DNA of 64,000 bases from Mustelus asterias (taxonomy: Eukaryota), in contig NC_135828.1 of the NCBI RefSeq assembly GCF_964213995.1, positions 16,244,001-16,308,000 of the forward strand, in the 5' to 3' direction. The translations under genes were made by a program, and so were the position numbers. Shown here piece by piece: positions 10,303-23,591 of this stretch; position 1 is the first letter of the stretch, and each line of letters opens with the position of its first letter. The notes under the pieces were generated by a model. That model was not told where the DNA came from, did no database searches, and was given only the letters and a program-made list of their open reading frames with translations.

Positions 10303-10777
10303 AGTTTTTATATCCGGGATTGTGAATTGTCTAACAGAAATTCAAACTGAACTATTTAAATAATGGCTAACTAAAAAGCCTCATGACCATTAGTTAATGC
10401 TACATAAAACCGCTAGAAATATAATACTATTACCAATATCTTGCACTCCTTGCCTCTGAAGCCTCCTCCAGCCCTACAATCTCCAAGATCTCCACGCTGC
10501 TCCAATTCTGGCTTTTTCCACAGTCCTGATTTTAGCCATTCCGCCATTGGTAACCGTGTCTTCAGCTTTGCCAACGCCCTAAGCTCTGATTTCCCCCTCC
10601 TTAAATCTTTGTCTTTCAGCCTCTCTTTTCTCCTCTAAGACGTTCCTTAAAATTAACCTCTCTGATCAAACATTTGTCAGCTGAAGCAATATCTCTTCAT
10701 GTATCTTGGTGCTAAATTTAGTTTCTGTCTGCTGAAGCTTGATGGGCCAAATGTCATAATTCTGCTCCTATATCTTA

Positions 10778-10940
10778 ATTTGATTTGATTTATTATTGCC
10801 CCATGTATTAGTATACCGTGAAAAGTATTGTTTCTTGCGCACTATACAGACAAGGCATAGAGAAGGAAAGGAGAGAGTGCAGAATGTAGTGTTACAGTCA
10901 TAGCTAGGGTGTAGAGAAGGATCAAATTATCATATGGTGG
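10778..10940 (-). mobile_element. Rex1/Babar-like LINE 3' end fragment
   Basis: (TTTGA)n-type tail and 3' UTR shared with 55800-56650. Confidence 0.7.
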
Positions 10941-11366
10941 GTCCTCTTATGGTCTTATGGCCTTATAAAGCTCCTGTGAAGCATCTTGCCATGTTCCAGC
11001 CGATATATAAATACAAATTGTTGCTGTTCTTAAATATTAATTGCGCGGTTTTAAAAATGAATTCGATAATGGACTGTTACTTTTGGTGGAGACTGTCCAT
11101 TTTCTGTATTAACTAATCTGTGAGCATGGAGGGGATTTTATAAAATGCAATCCTTTTTGATATGTGTGCTCTCTCCAGCTCTTTGGTCAGAGCTTAGATA
11201 AAATAACTTGCCTATATTTGCGTCATTTTGCTTTCAAGCAAGTTAAAGTTCCGCATCAGATCTTTCCTAAACCTTTCATTCACCAAAGAAAATAAATTGG
11301 ATTCGGGGAGTCTTCATTTCTAGAGTTTCGTGTCATGGATTAATCTCTTCCAACCTCCTTTTATTT

Positions 11367-11754
11367 TTATTCGTTCGTTCGACACACCAGGGCATGGGTG
11401 TCACTGGCTGGGCCAGCATTTATTGCCCATCTCTAATTGCCCTTGAACTGAGTGGCTTGCTGGGCCATTTCAGATGGCAGTTTGAGAGTCAACCACATTG
11501 CTGTGGCTCTGGAGTCACATGTAGGCCAGACCAAGTAAGGACGGCAGATTTCCTTCCCTAAAGGACCTTAGTGAACCAGATGGGTTGTCCCAACAATCGA
11601 CAATGGTCATCAGTAGATTCTTAATTCCAGATATTTTTTATTGAATTCATTCTTCACCGTTGGCCGTGGTGGGATTTGAACCCAGGTCCCTGATTTATTA
11701 GCTGAGTTTCTGGATTCATAGTCTAATGATAATACCATTCGGCCATTACCTCCC
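11367..11754 (-). mobile_element. Second tRNA-derived SINE family
   Basis: Homologous to 6066-6418. Confidence 0.75.
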
Positions 11755-12363
11755 TTCTAAGTACCACCTCTGAAATAGCAATGTCCAATTATAGGTACCT
11801 TTCCCACACTTCACTCACTGTCCTGAATGTGACATTGTTGTGAGGATAATGGGGTTATGGTAATCGATTTCACTGATAAAGTCAATGTTTGTACTCGATG
11901 GATCCTGATTTAGTTTTCTTCTTGGGGTGATGTGGGCAAGTGGGGGGGAATTTTATTGTTCAACACTAGTTGCCCTGGGAAACGGGTGCTGGGTCTGTTG
12001 TTTGAAGCACTCCATTCCATTACGCTGATGGTGACAGGCTGGGAATTCCAGGATCCAGACCCAACAGGAATGAAGAAATGGCAGGGTAGGTCCAAGTCAG
12101 GAGAGTGTGTCACTTGGAGGGGCCAGTGTTCCTGTGGCATTGTAACTATGGTCTCTCCTCATGGTAAGATGACAGTGGAGGGAGATCCTGTTGAAATGTA
12201 TGATTTCAGATTGTATGGTGTTGTGTGATACCTTATCGTAACATATTGCATGTCCATTACATTGTGTTACTTGACACTCTATGGATGTGAATACCAGGTA
12301 ATATATGATTGAAGATTGTGTTTTTTAATTGACAGGGAAAACCTTTAATGTATTAAAGAATTA

Positions 12364-12675
12364 GGGCGGCACGGTGGTTAGCACTGCTGCCTCACAGCGC
12401 CAGGGACCCAGGTTCAAATCCGGCCTTGGGTCACTGTCTGTGTGGAGTTTGCATGTTCTCCCTGTGTCTGCCTGGGTTTCCTCTGGGTGCTCCAGTTTCC
12501 TCCTACGATGTGCAGGTTAGGTGGATTTGTTATGCTAAGTTGTCCCTTAGTGTCAGGGGAATTAGCAGAGTAAATACGTGGGATTACGGGAATAGGGCCT
12601 GGGTGGGATTGTTGTCGCTGCAGACTTGATGGGCTGAATGGCCTCCTTCTGCACTGTAGGGATTCTATGATTCTA
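12364..12675 (+). mobile_element. HE1-like SINE, tail type 1
   Basis: Head, body and tail match. Confidence 0.85.
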
Positions 12676-12789
12676 ATTATTTTTGCATTTTGCTATTTTA
12701 CGGTTTTATGTTAGATTATTAGTTTTGAAGTAATGGCTGGACTTTTAGTAGTTATTTGGAAGTATATAATGTGCTTAATGAGTGTAAAA

Positions 12790-14010
12790 TTGAGAAAGAT
12801 TGCAGAACTCTGCAGTACAGAGGGGTCTGGGTGTCCCAGTCCATGAGTCATAAGAAGTTAGTATGTAGTTACAGCAATTGATTAGGAAGGCAAATGGAAT
12901 ATTGTTGTTTATTGCAGAGGAATGGAATATTAAAGTAGGGAAGTTTTGCTACAGTTGTATAGGGCATTGGTAAGACCACAGCTGGGGCTTTCCAATCTTG
13001 CCCGCGGCTGGGATTCTCCCATCCCACTGGAGTGAATGGACTTTTGGCTGAGTGCCAAATTCTCCGTTCTCACTGGCGGTGGTTGGGGGCAGGGGGTGGG
13101 GGGGGGGGGGGGGGGAGTGGCGTGACGGCAGAGAATTCTGGCCCACATCTGGAGTACTGTTTGCAGTATTGATCTCCTTACCTGAGTAAGGATATAATTG
13201 CATTAGAAGCCATTCAGAGAAGGTCCACTCGACTGATCCCTGGGATGAAGGGATCAACATATGAGGAAAGGAAAGGCAGATTATGTCCGTGTCCATTGGA
13301 GTTTAGAAGAATAAGAAGTGACCTTTATAGAACAATGTAACATCCTGAGGGGAATTGACAAGGTGGATGCTGAGAGGATGTTTCCCCTTGTGTGGGCGGG
13401 AGGTGCGGGGGGGATACCCTTTGAACATAAGGCTCTCCCATTTCAGAGGGAGATTAGGAGAATCTTTTTCTCTCTGAGGGTCCCTGGTCTGTGGAATTCT
13501 CTTCCCCGGGGAACAGTGGAGGCTGGGCCATTGAATATTTTTGAAGACTGAGTTGGATAGACTCTTGGTTGACAAGGGAGTCAAAAGTAAAAGTACTTTA
13601 AAGTTTATTTATTAGTCACAAGAAGGCTTACGTTAACACTGTAATGAAGTTACTGTGAAAATCCCCAAGTCACCACACTCCGGCACCTGTTCGGGCACAC
13701 TGAGGGAGAATTTAGCATGGCCAATGCACCTAACCAGCACGCCTTTCAGACTGTGGGAGGAAACCAGAGCACCCGGAGGAAACCCACGCAGATACTGGGA
13801 GAACGTGCAGACTCCGCACAGACAGTGACCCAAGCCGGGAATCGAACCAGATCCCTGGCACTTTGAGGCAGCAGTGCTAACCACTGTGCCACCGTGGTAA
13901 GCAGGAAAGTGGAGTTGATACCGAGGTGAGATCAGCCATGCTCTTACCAAATGTTGGAGCAGGCTTGAGGGGCTGAATGGCCTATTTCTGCTCCTAATTG
14001 GTTTGTGTGT
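12790..14010 (+). mobile_element. Degraded CR1 LINE 3' part, interrupted by a MITE-like element (~12984-13144) and a SINE
   Basis: ILRGIDKVDAERMFPLV...REIRRIFFSLRVPGLWNSLP and LYRALVRP..LEYC motifs. Confidence 0.75.
13597..13896 (-). mobile_element. HE1-like SINE, tail type 2
   Basis: Head, body and tail match. Confidence 0.85.
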
Positions 14011-14711
14011 ATGAGCAATGCGAGAGACAAAGCCTGGTCTGGGTGAACCTCATTCAGAGGTGTTGTATGCGGATTTAATATAATTCTGGGCTTGAAGTTG
14101 CGGTGTATATTGTTTTAAAAAATATTCCCTGCTTCCTTTGGGTTTGACTAACTGGAAGAAAACACATCTTTGGATTGGGTTGTCATCTGTCTCCCTGCAT
14201 GTGCTTGATAAGGCACAGAAAGCGAAATGTAACCTCAGTGTGACGTCCAGTCCAGATCCTGTGGTTATAAACAGGGTTCACTTCAAGGCTAGGCTGCATG
14301 AGGCTGAATCATGATGGCAGGAGATCTGCTCTGCCCGTCACTGTTTATTAAGCGAAAAAGCAATTTGAGTCCAAATGTTTTCTCCAATTGGGAAGTGCCA
14401 GGTGCCCCAAAGCAGTGACAGCAATTAGATAACTGGGGGGGGTGTTCAGAAGATGTTTTCTTTCATTATTTATTTAATATATAATGTGCATTTTAATGAA
14501 ATCTGATTGGAATGAGATATGGAGATTGCAGACTCCAAACTGAAGATGCAGGTGTATGAATAAATGATCCTGTACCAACACAGAATGAGCTAATGGCTGC
14601 TTTCCTGAGTTATTGTTGAATGAACATTCATGCCTCGCGGATGTGTCACAAAGATCTTGAGTTCAGAGCTGAAGTCCTGGAGGTTGCAACAGTTCTACGG
14701 ATACCTAAATA

Positions 14712-14838
14712 AGGGCAGGATTTTCCCATCCCGCCCGCCATGGGAATCGTAGCGGACGGGACACGGACCATGCAAAGGCCCATTGAGCTCATCCAGGATT
14801 TTTTGGCTTTGGGGCGAATGCGGCTGGAAAATCCCGCC
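14712..14838. mobile_element. MITE-like non-autonomous DNA element inserted in a CR1 fragment
   Basis: Terminal inverted repeats GGGCAGGATTTTCC ... GGAAAATCCCGCCC; related GC-rich elements near 7006, 12984, 19272, 23631, 27075, 29063, 29850, 31432 and 46140. Confidence 0.65.
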
Positions 14839-16524
14839 CAAGAAAAGAGTTAACAAAGTGAATATTGGTCCTATAGAGAGTGGGGAACTAACAATGGAAA
14901 ATAAAGAGATCGTGGATGAAGTGTACAGGTATTTTGTCTTGGTCTTCATTATAGAGGGCACAAATAACATCCCAGAAATAGCTGTAAATCAGGAATTGGA
15001 AGGGAGGAACTCAGGAAAATCACCAGGGAAGTGGTGCTGAGTGAATTGTTGGAGCTTTGGGCTGACAAATCCCTGATAACTTTATCCTAGCATCTTAAAA
15101 GAATTGGCTAGTGAGATAGTTGATGCATTGGTTTTAATTTTCCAAAATTCCCCGGATTAGTTTGGGAAATAGCAAATGTCACTGCTTTATTCAAAAAGGG
15201 AGGGAAGTAGAAAGCAGGAAACTAACAGGCCAGTTAGTTTACTATCTGGCGTAGGGAAAACGTTGGAAGCTATTACTAAAGATGTTAGAGCATGGCACTT
15301 TGAAAAGTTCAAGGCAATCGGGCAGAGTTTTTTTGTCTTTGATTTGGATGATTGTGGGTGCAGCCTTGGCCTCTGAATTACTAGACCAGCGACATTAGTA
15401 CGACACCACCATTACCAACCCCCCCCCCCCCCCACCTCCCCACACATACACACACACACACGCATTTTAGTGAGCTGGCAAAATTCTCCCCTAGTGAGAT
15501 CCCCACTTGGGTTTGAATTCACAATCTTTGGTTTAGGAATCAAACCTTCTGCCTGACTGCTATTAGTAATGGGCACTTTCCCAAAGCATTTCCCTCCTCC
15601 AGTTTCTCATTGCTGGTACTTGGATGCTGGCAACCTTTCTGGTTTCAGTATTCATCCTGTGCGCTTGCCAGTGGATTGAGAAATTGGAGAAGGTTTGGGG
15701 AGGCTGGGGGGAGGGGGGGGGGGGATTATACTTAGAGCTTTGCGTTGGTGCTCATTGACTTTGCAGGATGGGGTTCCAGTTGGATTCCCGACAGCAAGCA
15801 TTAGCTCACTTCTTCCTATAAGGGACATTCTGATGGTGCAGGAGTAGGTTCAACACTTGCAGAGGAAGAACAGTTTTAAATGGACAGAACCACCCCCCCC
15901 CCCCCCCCAAAAAAAAATCAAACAGGAACAATCCTCAGGCATGGCCTATAAAGGTCAGGGTATCCAATTGAATAGGAGAGAAAAGAGCCACTTCATGTTG
16001 TTAGAATGTAACCAGTGACAACTTTGAATTGGATGTAATGTGACCAATGGTAACAAGCTGTAAGGGTCAGCTGACCCAGTAAACCATGGAACCAATTACA
16101 GAATGATGTGATGGTCAGCTGACCAGCTGACTCACTATGAATAAGAACCTGTTGGGAATTGTGGGAGAGCTTGGATTGGCCCAGGTGTGACCCCAAGTTT
16201 GGAGCAATGATGTTTCTTCATTAAACCCTTTCTCTGATTTATAAGTTGGAGTAAGTTTTGCTATATTTTTATTGTCTGCATTTGAAGAGTTCCTTCTGAA
16301 GAAATACATACCCATTCTTTCAAAAGAGGCTTCACTCACAATAGGTTACTTTCAAAGTGGATTGGCGATTGTATGTGGCTGAAGAGGACAATCAGTTTGC
16401 ACACGGCCGGATCCCACATATTGCAATGAGATAAGTGAGTATAAAATCTCTTTCCCTAAGTGATGTAGGTTGAGGGATAAATGTTGGCCATCAGTGGCAC
16501 TTGCTTATTCTTCATTGCCACTCT

Positions 16525-16652
16525 CCACTCACCCGATGAAGAAGCAGCACTCCTAAAGCTTGTGATTCCAAATAAACCTGTTGGACTTTAACCTGGTGGT
16601 GTGAGACTTCTTACTGTGCCCACCCCAGTCCAACGCCGACATCTCCACATCA
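16525..16652 (+). mobile_element. Penelope-like terminal-repeat fragment with a decayed hammerhead motif
   Basis: TCAC-CCGATGA-AGAAGCAGCACTCC-TAAAGCTT-GTGA; same family as 50584-50767. Confidence 0.7.
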
Positions 16653-16837
16653 TCATTGAATAGGGCCATGGGAGGATAAATGGAAACTCAATGTAATGTA
16701 TTGTACAAAAGAAAGTGGCACGTCAAACATTACAGCACTCCATCGGTACCACACTGTAGTGTTAGCCTAGCTATGTGCTCAAGTCTTTAAAATGAGGTAT
16801 GTGTAATGACTTCAATCAGGCCATTGAGGTTGGCCTA

Positions 16838-17212
16838 TTGATTTGATTTGATTTATTATTTGTCACATATATTATCATACAGTGAAAAGTATTGTTTCTT
16901 GCACGCTATACAGAAAAAGCATACCGTTCATAGAGAAGGAAAGGAGAGAGTGCAGAATGTCGTGTCACAGTCATAGCTAGGGTGTAGAGAAAGATCAACT
17001 TAATGCAAGGTAGGTCCATTCAAAAGTCTGACGGCAGCAGGGAAGAAGCTGTTCTATAGTCAGTTGGTATGTGATCTCAGACTTTTGTATCTTTTTCCCG
17101 AAGGAAGAAGGTGGAAGAGAGAATGTCCGGGGTGCGTAGGGTCCTTAATTATGCTGGCTGCTTTGCCGAGGCAGCGGAAAGTGTAGACAGAGTCAATGGA
17201 TGGGAGGCTGGT
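16838..17212 (-). mobile_element. Rex1/Babar-like LINE 3' end
   Basis: RCLGKAASIIKDPTHPGHSLFHLLPSGKRYKSLRS, the ORF C-terminus of Rex1-type LINEs. Confidence 0.75.
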
Positions 17213-17629
17213 TATTGGAGTATGAACTCCTTGATTAAGGATCCAATCGATGGGCCAATCAGGGAGTCTTTGCCTTGTACTTAACCGGGAGTATTCCTCT
17301 GACACTCCCAGAGATAGACTACTAGCACTCTGTGTACAGCTGTTAGAGTTTGTAAAGAAAGGTGAAGGGACTTCTGCCTCCGAAGACTTATTACAGTTTG
17401 AACCCACAGTCTTCCAAATCAAAGACTAAAATGCTGCCTTGAGCCTTAAAAAAACACAGCCTTCATTGAAAGCAATGGTCTTCACTGTTTGAGTCAATAT
17501 GTGATAATAACTATTGTGAATTTGTATCAGTGAGTTAAATACATAAAGCATTCACCAAGTAACTAGCTTCATAATTATGAATGACAATGTCCCAAATGGA
17601 ATGCGATGGCTCGTGTGATGAGCTGAATA

Positions 17630-17635
17630 TTTATT
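17630..17635 (-). promoter_or_regulatory. Candidate poly(A) signal of the DUSP13A-like gene
   Basis: AATAAA on the minus strand ~390 nt past the stop codon. Confidence 0.35.
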
Positions 17636-18020
17636 CACCTTTTTTGAGAGGCTGTACAAAATTACTGATGATATTTAAATAGAATATTAAGCAATCTGAT
17701 CTGGTGACAGAGGGCTTGTGCAATTACTAAGCTGTGGATATGGAAATGTGCTGATAATTGATGTTGATGCGGGTCGTTTTGTATCATGCCGCTAAGATAA
17801 TGGTGAAATAAAAACTGAAAGCATTTACAAATCAAGTAGAAGTTCATTTTGACTGAGATAAGAATTGAAGTGAACTTGTGTCTCCGGGAGTGTGGTGGGA
17901 TTTTAAACAGTTTTAGCTGCTATCACAGTGGGACACAGAACACTAATGGTGAACACTAGCAATGCTGCCCATGGCTACCTTGCCAAAAAGCTACAGTTCA
18001 GACTCAATAGAGGGAGAACA

Positions 18021-18220
18021 TCAAACGATCCGTTCCTGTTGTAATTTTATGTCAAAGTTCCGTAACTGCCTTAAAAATCCCCGATTGGGAAAAATACGTC
18101 GGTGAGAAGTGACTGTCTTCAGTGCATCAAATAGCGAAAGGTGATGGTAAGTCATCAGGTAGGCCAACACTAAGGTGGCTGATCTGCTGTATCCGAAAGC
18201 ACAGTGTACAAAGACCTTCC
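18021..18220 (-). CDS. DUSP13A: DUSP13A (MDSP)-like phosphatase, exon 3
   Basis: Acceptor TCTCCCCTCCCAG (18222-18221); [26 protein letters not shown]...[18 protein letters not shown]...*; 200 nt. Confidence 0.9.
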
Positions 18221-18277
18221 CTGGGAGGGGAGAAAGAACAAAACACCTTAACCATCTGGACAGTTCCATTTGGCACA

Positions 18278-19020
18278 TTGATTTGATTTATTATTGTCAC
18301 ATGTATTGGGATACAGTGAAAAGTATTGTTTCTTGCGTATTATATGGACAAAGCATACCATTCATAGAGTACATGGGGGAAGGAAAGGAGAGGGTGTAGA
18401 AGGTAGTGTTACAGCCATAAAGTTTATTTATTAGTCACAAGTAAGGCTTACGTTAACACTGCAATGAAGTTACTATGAAAATCCCCTAGTCACCACACTC
18501 TGGCGCCTGTTTGGGCCAATGCACCTAACCAGCACGTCTTTAAGACTGTGAAGAAACCGGAACATGCAGAGGAAACATGCTGACATAGGAATAACATGCA
18601 AACTCCACACAGACAGTGACCCAAGCCGGGAATTGAACCCTGGTCCTGGTGCTATGAGGCAGCAGTGCTAACCATTGTGCCACCGTGCCGCTCCTAGGTC
18701 ATAGCTAGGGTGTAAAGAAAGATCAGCTTAATATATGGTAGGTCCAATCAAAAGTCAGATGGCAGCAGGGAAGAAGCTGTTCTTGAGTCGGTTGGTACGT
18801 GATCTCAGACTTTTGTATCTTTTTTCTGATGGAAGAAGGTGGGAGAGAGAATGTCCGGGGTGCGTTGGGGATCCTTGATTATGCTGGCTGCTTTTCCAAG
18901 GCAGCTGGAAGTGTAGATGGGAGACTGGTTTGCATGATGGACTTTGTAGTTTCCTGGTTAGAGCAGGAGCCATACCAAGCTGTGATACATCCGGAAAGGA
19001 TGCTGTCTGTGGTGCATTTG
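18278..19020 (-). mobile_element. Rex1/Babar-like LINE 3' end with a nested HE1-like SINE (18418-18690, tail type 2)
   Basis: HPGHSLSHLLPSEKRYKSLRSRTNRLKNSFFPAAI; the SINE interrupts the 3' UTR. Confidence 0.75.
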
Positions 19021-20955
19021 TACTATCTTTTGTCATTTGTAAGCTTTCTTGCAACACCACAGCACAACCTCCTAGGAATATGACATGGGGATACAAGCCA
19101 GAGGCACTATTGAGCCATGTCAACAAATGAAACATGTCACAAGATTTCACTTTGTTTTACCTCATGAAATAAATACGGAGAATCATGTGGCTGCCTATTA
19201 AACAATTCCCGTGAGATTGAACTTCAAGAATGTTTTCCCCAGTGGAATAGCTTGAGTATCTGACTCTGTGACGGGAATCTTACCACTGTTCATGCCAGCA
19301 GGATTTTCCCATCCCGCCACAGTGAATGGAGATTCGGCTGGGCATCAAATTCTCCGACCTCGCTGCAGTGGGAGTGTGGCGTGAATGGGCGGTAAGATCG
19401 CGCCCTGTACTTCAGGATGGGCCCAGGTTTTATTGCTAATCTGGACTGAGATCGATCAGAGCCAGGCCAGTAGAATGGGGGACTTTAATCAGCGGAAGCA
19501 GGTGTTAATCACTTGATTGTGCTAACTGGGACTTGGGGCAGGGTCAGGCTTAGCCTTGTTGTCCCATCTCCTGTTCAACAGCATGTCCATAAATAAAAGG
19601 GACAACATACCAACTGGTACCTGTGGAACTATCCCAGCCTGAGGTAAAGACCTCCAGGAGATGAGGAATGGAATGAGAGGAAAATAATCAGCATTTAAAC
19701 TCATTGAAATCCTGGGGATGTTGCTCAAATGCTCCCTCTGCTGGTAACTACAAACCGCATTTCAATTACTTCACATCAGCACCTCAAGCAAATCCACACT
19801 TGTTATAAAAACTTTGGTCTTGAAACATCAATGGTACTTTGTGGCCATATCTAGGCCAGGATCCATACACGTCAAATCCTGAACTAATGTTGGATCTTCT
19901 GGATTGCTCTGTGGGATGGGATTCCTTCTGTCAGGAGTGTGGCCTTGGTCCTTGGTCTGGTCAGTGGAGGAACAGTAAAGCTAGGGCAGGGCATTGGGAG
20001 AACTTTCCTCCTCCTCTTCAACAGTCTTATGGGGAAGAGAATCTTTTACATCCATCTGAGCCTCAGTTTAACATCTTCCCTGGAAGAAGATACCTCTGAC
20101 ACTGCCATTTGTACTCTTAGAAACCCTCTTCCTCCCTCCTTTGGTAAGGCTCACTCCACTTTCCTTCTACATTGTCCTCTGCCCTTTGACCCTGCTATGA
20201 CCCACTCCTCCCCCACACCCTCCCCCACATCCCCCTCCCCCACATGCCCCTCCCCCTCCCCCTCTCCCGCTCCCTCCCTCCCTCCCCCTCCCTTTGGCCC
20301 ATTGAGTTTGCACTGACAATAACTACCACTAAAACCGCACTAATCCCATTTACAAGCACTTGTCCCATGTCCTTGAATGTTACGATGCTTCGCGTGCTCA
20401 TCCAAATACATTTATAATTGCTGTATTTTCCTGAAATGCATTCGATTTTGATAGGGTTAAATTTTATGGGCCACTGTTTCCCATCCAATCCCCCCCACAC
20501 CCCCGTTCCCACCACTGTCCCCCCTGTCCCACTGCACCAATTAAGATGTTGGCGGGAGCCCGAACACAAGAAACCCGCTACCCTGCAGCCACTTTACACT
20601 CGGCAGGGCGTTAATCGGCCCAGGGCGAGACTTCTGCCCCCACCTGGGGAGAAAGTCCCCTTTTGAGAGCTGCCTCTGATTGGCCAGTATCTCTGGAGTC
20701 CCAGCAGCGCCAGATGCACGCAGTGGTCAATGCTGGGACTGCAGCCAGCCCCTGAAGAAGAATGGGTCATGGAGATCGGTCTGAAGGTAAGGCTGGGTTA
20801 TCAACAGGGCCTGGCTGCAGCAATGGGAGTGAGGAAACCCTCAGTACCCGTGGAAACCTGTTGGCATGGAGATGGCGGATGGGTTTGAGAAGCCAGTGGG
20901 GAGAGAGTTAAAAAAAGGATTATATCCTTGTGGGTGAGGGTTGACTCCAATGGAC

Positions 20956-22110
20956 ATAGAACATAGAACATAGAACAGTACAGCACAGAACAGGCCCTTC
21001 GGCCCACGATGTTGTGCCGAGCTTTATCTGAAACCAAGATCAAGCTATCCCACTCCCTATCATCCTGGTGTGCTCCATGTGCCTATCCAATAACCGCTTA
21101 AATGTTCCTAAAGTGTCTGACTCCACTATCACTGCAGGCAGTCCATTCCACACCCCAATCACTCTCTGCATAAAGAACCTACCTCTGATACCCTTCCTAT
21201 ATCTCCCACCATGAACCCTATAGTTATGCCCCCTTGTAATAGCTCCATCCACCCGAGGAAATAGTCTTTGAACGTTCACTCTATCTATCCCCTTCATCAT
21301 TTTATAAACCTCTATTAAGTCTCCCCTCAGCCTCCTCCGCTCCAGAGAGAACAGCCCTAGCTCCCTCAACCTTTCCTCATAAGACCTACCCTCCAAACCA
21401 GGCAGCATCCTGGTAAATCTCCTCTGCACTCTTTCCAGCGCTTCCACATCCTTCTTATAGTGAGGTGACCAGAACTGCACGCAATATTCCAAATGCGGTC
21501 TCACCAAGGTCCTGTACAGTTGCAGCATAACCCCACGGCTCTTAAACTCCAAACCCCTGTTCATAAAAGCTAACACACTATAGGCCTTCTTCACAGCTCT
21601 ATCCACTTGAGTGGCAACCTTTAGAGATCTGTGGATATGGACCCCAAGATCTCTCTGTTCCTCCACAGTCTTCAGAACCCTACCTTTGACCCTGTAATCC
21701 ACATTTAAATTAGTCCTACCAAAATGAATCACCTCACATTTATCAGGGTTAAACTCCATTTGCCATTTTTCAGCCCAGCTTTGCATCCTATCTATGTCTC
21801 TTTGCAGCCTACAACAGCCCTCCACCTCATCCACTACTCCACCAATCTTGGTGTCATCAGCAAATTTACTGATCCACCCTTCAGCCCCCTCCTCTAAGTC
21901 ATTAATAAAAATCACAAAGAGCAGAGGACCAAGCACTGATCCCTGTGGCACTCCGCTAGCAACCTGCCTCCAGTCCGAAAATTTTCCATCGACCACCACC
22001 CTCTGTCTTCGATCAGATAGCCAGTTACCTATCCAATCAGCCAACTTTCCCTCTATCCCACACCTCCTTACTTTCATCATAAGCCGACCATGGGGGACCT
22101 TATCAAAGAC
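20956..22110 (-). mobile_element. Young 5'-truncated CR1 LINE with an intact RT C-terminal reading frame
   Basis: Open frame from about FDKVPH (~22110) to the stop at 21040, with SGVPQGSVLGP and KFADDTK motifs; (TTCTATG)n tail at 20956-20977. The first ~58 aa of the listed ORF come from flanking DNA. Confidence 0.92.
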
Positions 22111-22590
22111 CTTATAAAGAGGACCCTCAAAGGAGAAGCTTCCACTCCCCCTTGCCTGACATCGGCCCACCCAGTAACAGTTGCTGGCTTCTTGGCGTGG
22201 GCCTCCCCTTGCCCTAGATAAAATAGCAGTGGGGGCAGGATGAGGCACGTAAGTAGCCATTAAATACCCCCATAAATTGAGAGACAAACTGGGGGTGTGT
22301 GGCCAACTGCATGATGTATTTTACAAAACCACTGGCAGGGGAAGGTAAAAGCCAGCCTTGTTCTTAACCAGGTCCTCAATTCCAGTGGTCAGTTGACTTT
22401 TGGGTTTAACTTGTTCAGTCTGATTGTTGGAATCAAGTTGATGCTGTGGCCTTTTGGTCTGGAGCTTTCTATCCGGAGTGGAAATAATGGAGTGTATTCC
22501 CTTTTTAAACAAAATAAGCCACACAAACATGGAATAGTGTAGTAGTGAGATGGATTCATACTAAAACCTTTGCAAACAGGTTTGCAAAAT

Positions 22591-22890
22591 GGTCAGCATG
22601 GTGGCACAATGGTTAGCACTGCTGCCTCACGGAACCTGGATTTGATTCGCGGTTTAGGTCACTGTCTGTACGGAGTTTGTACGTTCTCCCCGTGTCTGCG
22701 TGGGTTTCCTCCGGGTGCTCCAGTTTCCTCCCACAGTCTGAAAGACGTGCTGGTTAAGTGCATTGGTCCATGCTAAATTCTCCCTCAGTGTGCCCGAACA
22801 GGCGCCGGAGTATGGTGACTGGAGGATTTTCACAGTAACTTCATTGCAGTGTTCATGTCAGCCTACCTATGACACTAATAAATAAACTTT
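22591..22890 (+). mobile_element. HE1-like SINE, tail type 2
   Basis: Head, body and tail match. Confidence 0.85.
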
Positions 22891-23315
22891 ACTTTACAAA
22901 AATACCATAGCTGAACAAAGTGGTATGTTTACATACAAATTTGGAAGAGCCACACCTTCAAATAGAAAAACAAAGTTTATACCATTCTCTAAAATTGACT
23001 ATTGGTTCAAGTTGCACTAACCCTTCGAAGAAATTGCCAGCTTGATTTTTAATCGTGGTCTGTAGAAATGTACACCTTTGATTAATTATTTTGTGTGTGC
23101 GTATCATGTACTTGATCTTTTGTGAGGTCTATGAGTTTCCTTTCTACTGACTGAATCAAAATAGATTATGCTGAGATAACAAAGCTCTTAGTAAGATTAA
23201 AATACGCTTGTTAAGATTAGTTCAAGTAGCATTCCCTGACATAACAACATTTCTAAAACCAATCACAAACACATCAGATAGTTTCCTTGTCCAACACCAA
23301 ATGTGCCTCTTTTTT

Positions 23316-23591
23316 TAAAGTTTATTTATTAGTCACAAGTAGGCTTACATTAACATTGCAATGAAGTTACTGTGAAATTCCCCTCGTCGCCACACACACC
23401 GGCGCCTGTTTGGGTACACTGAGGGAGAATTTAGCACGGCTAATGCACCTAACCAGCACGTCTTTCAACTGTGGGAGGAAACCCACGCAGGCACGGGGAG
23501 AAAGTGCAGACTCCACACAGACAGTGACCCAAGCCGGGAATCGAACCTGGGTCCCTGGCGCTGTGAGGGAGCAGTGCTAACTGCTGTACCA
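23316..23591 (-). mobile_element. HE1-like SINE, tail type 2
   Basis: Head, body and tail match. Confidence 0.85.
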
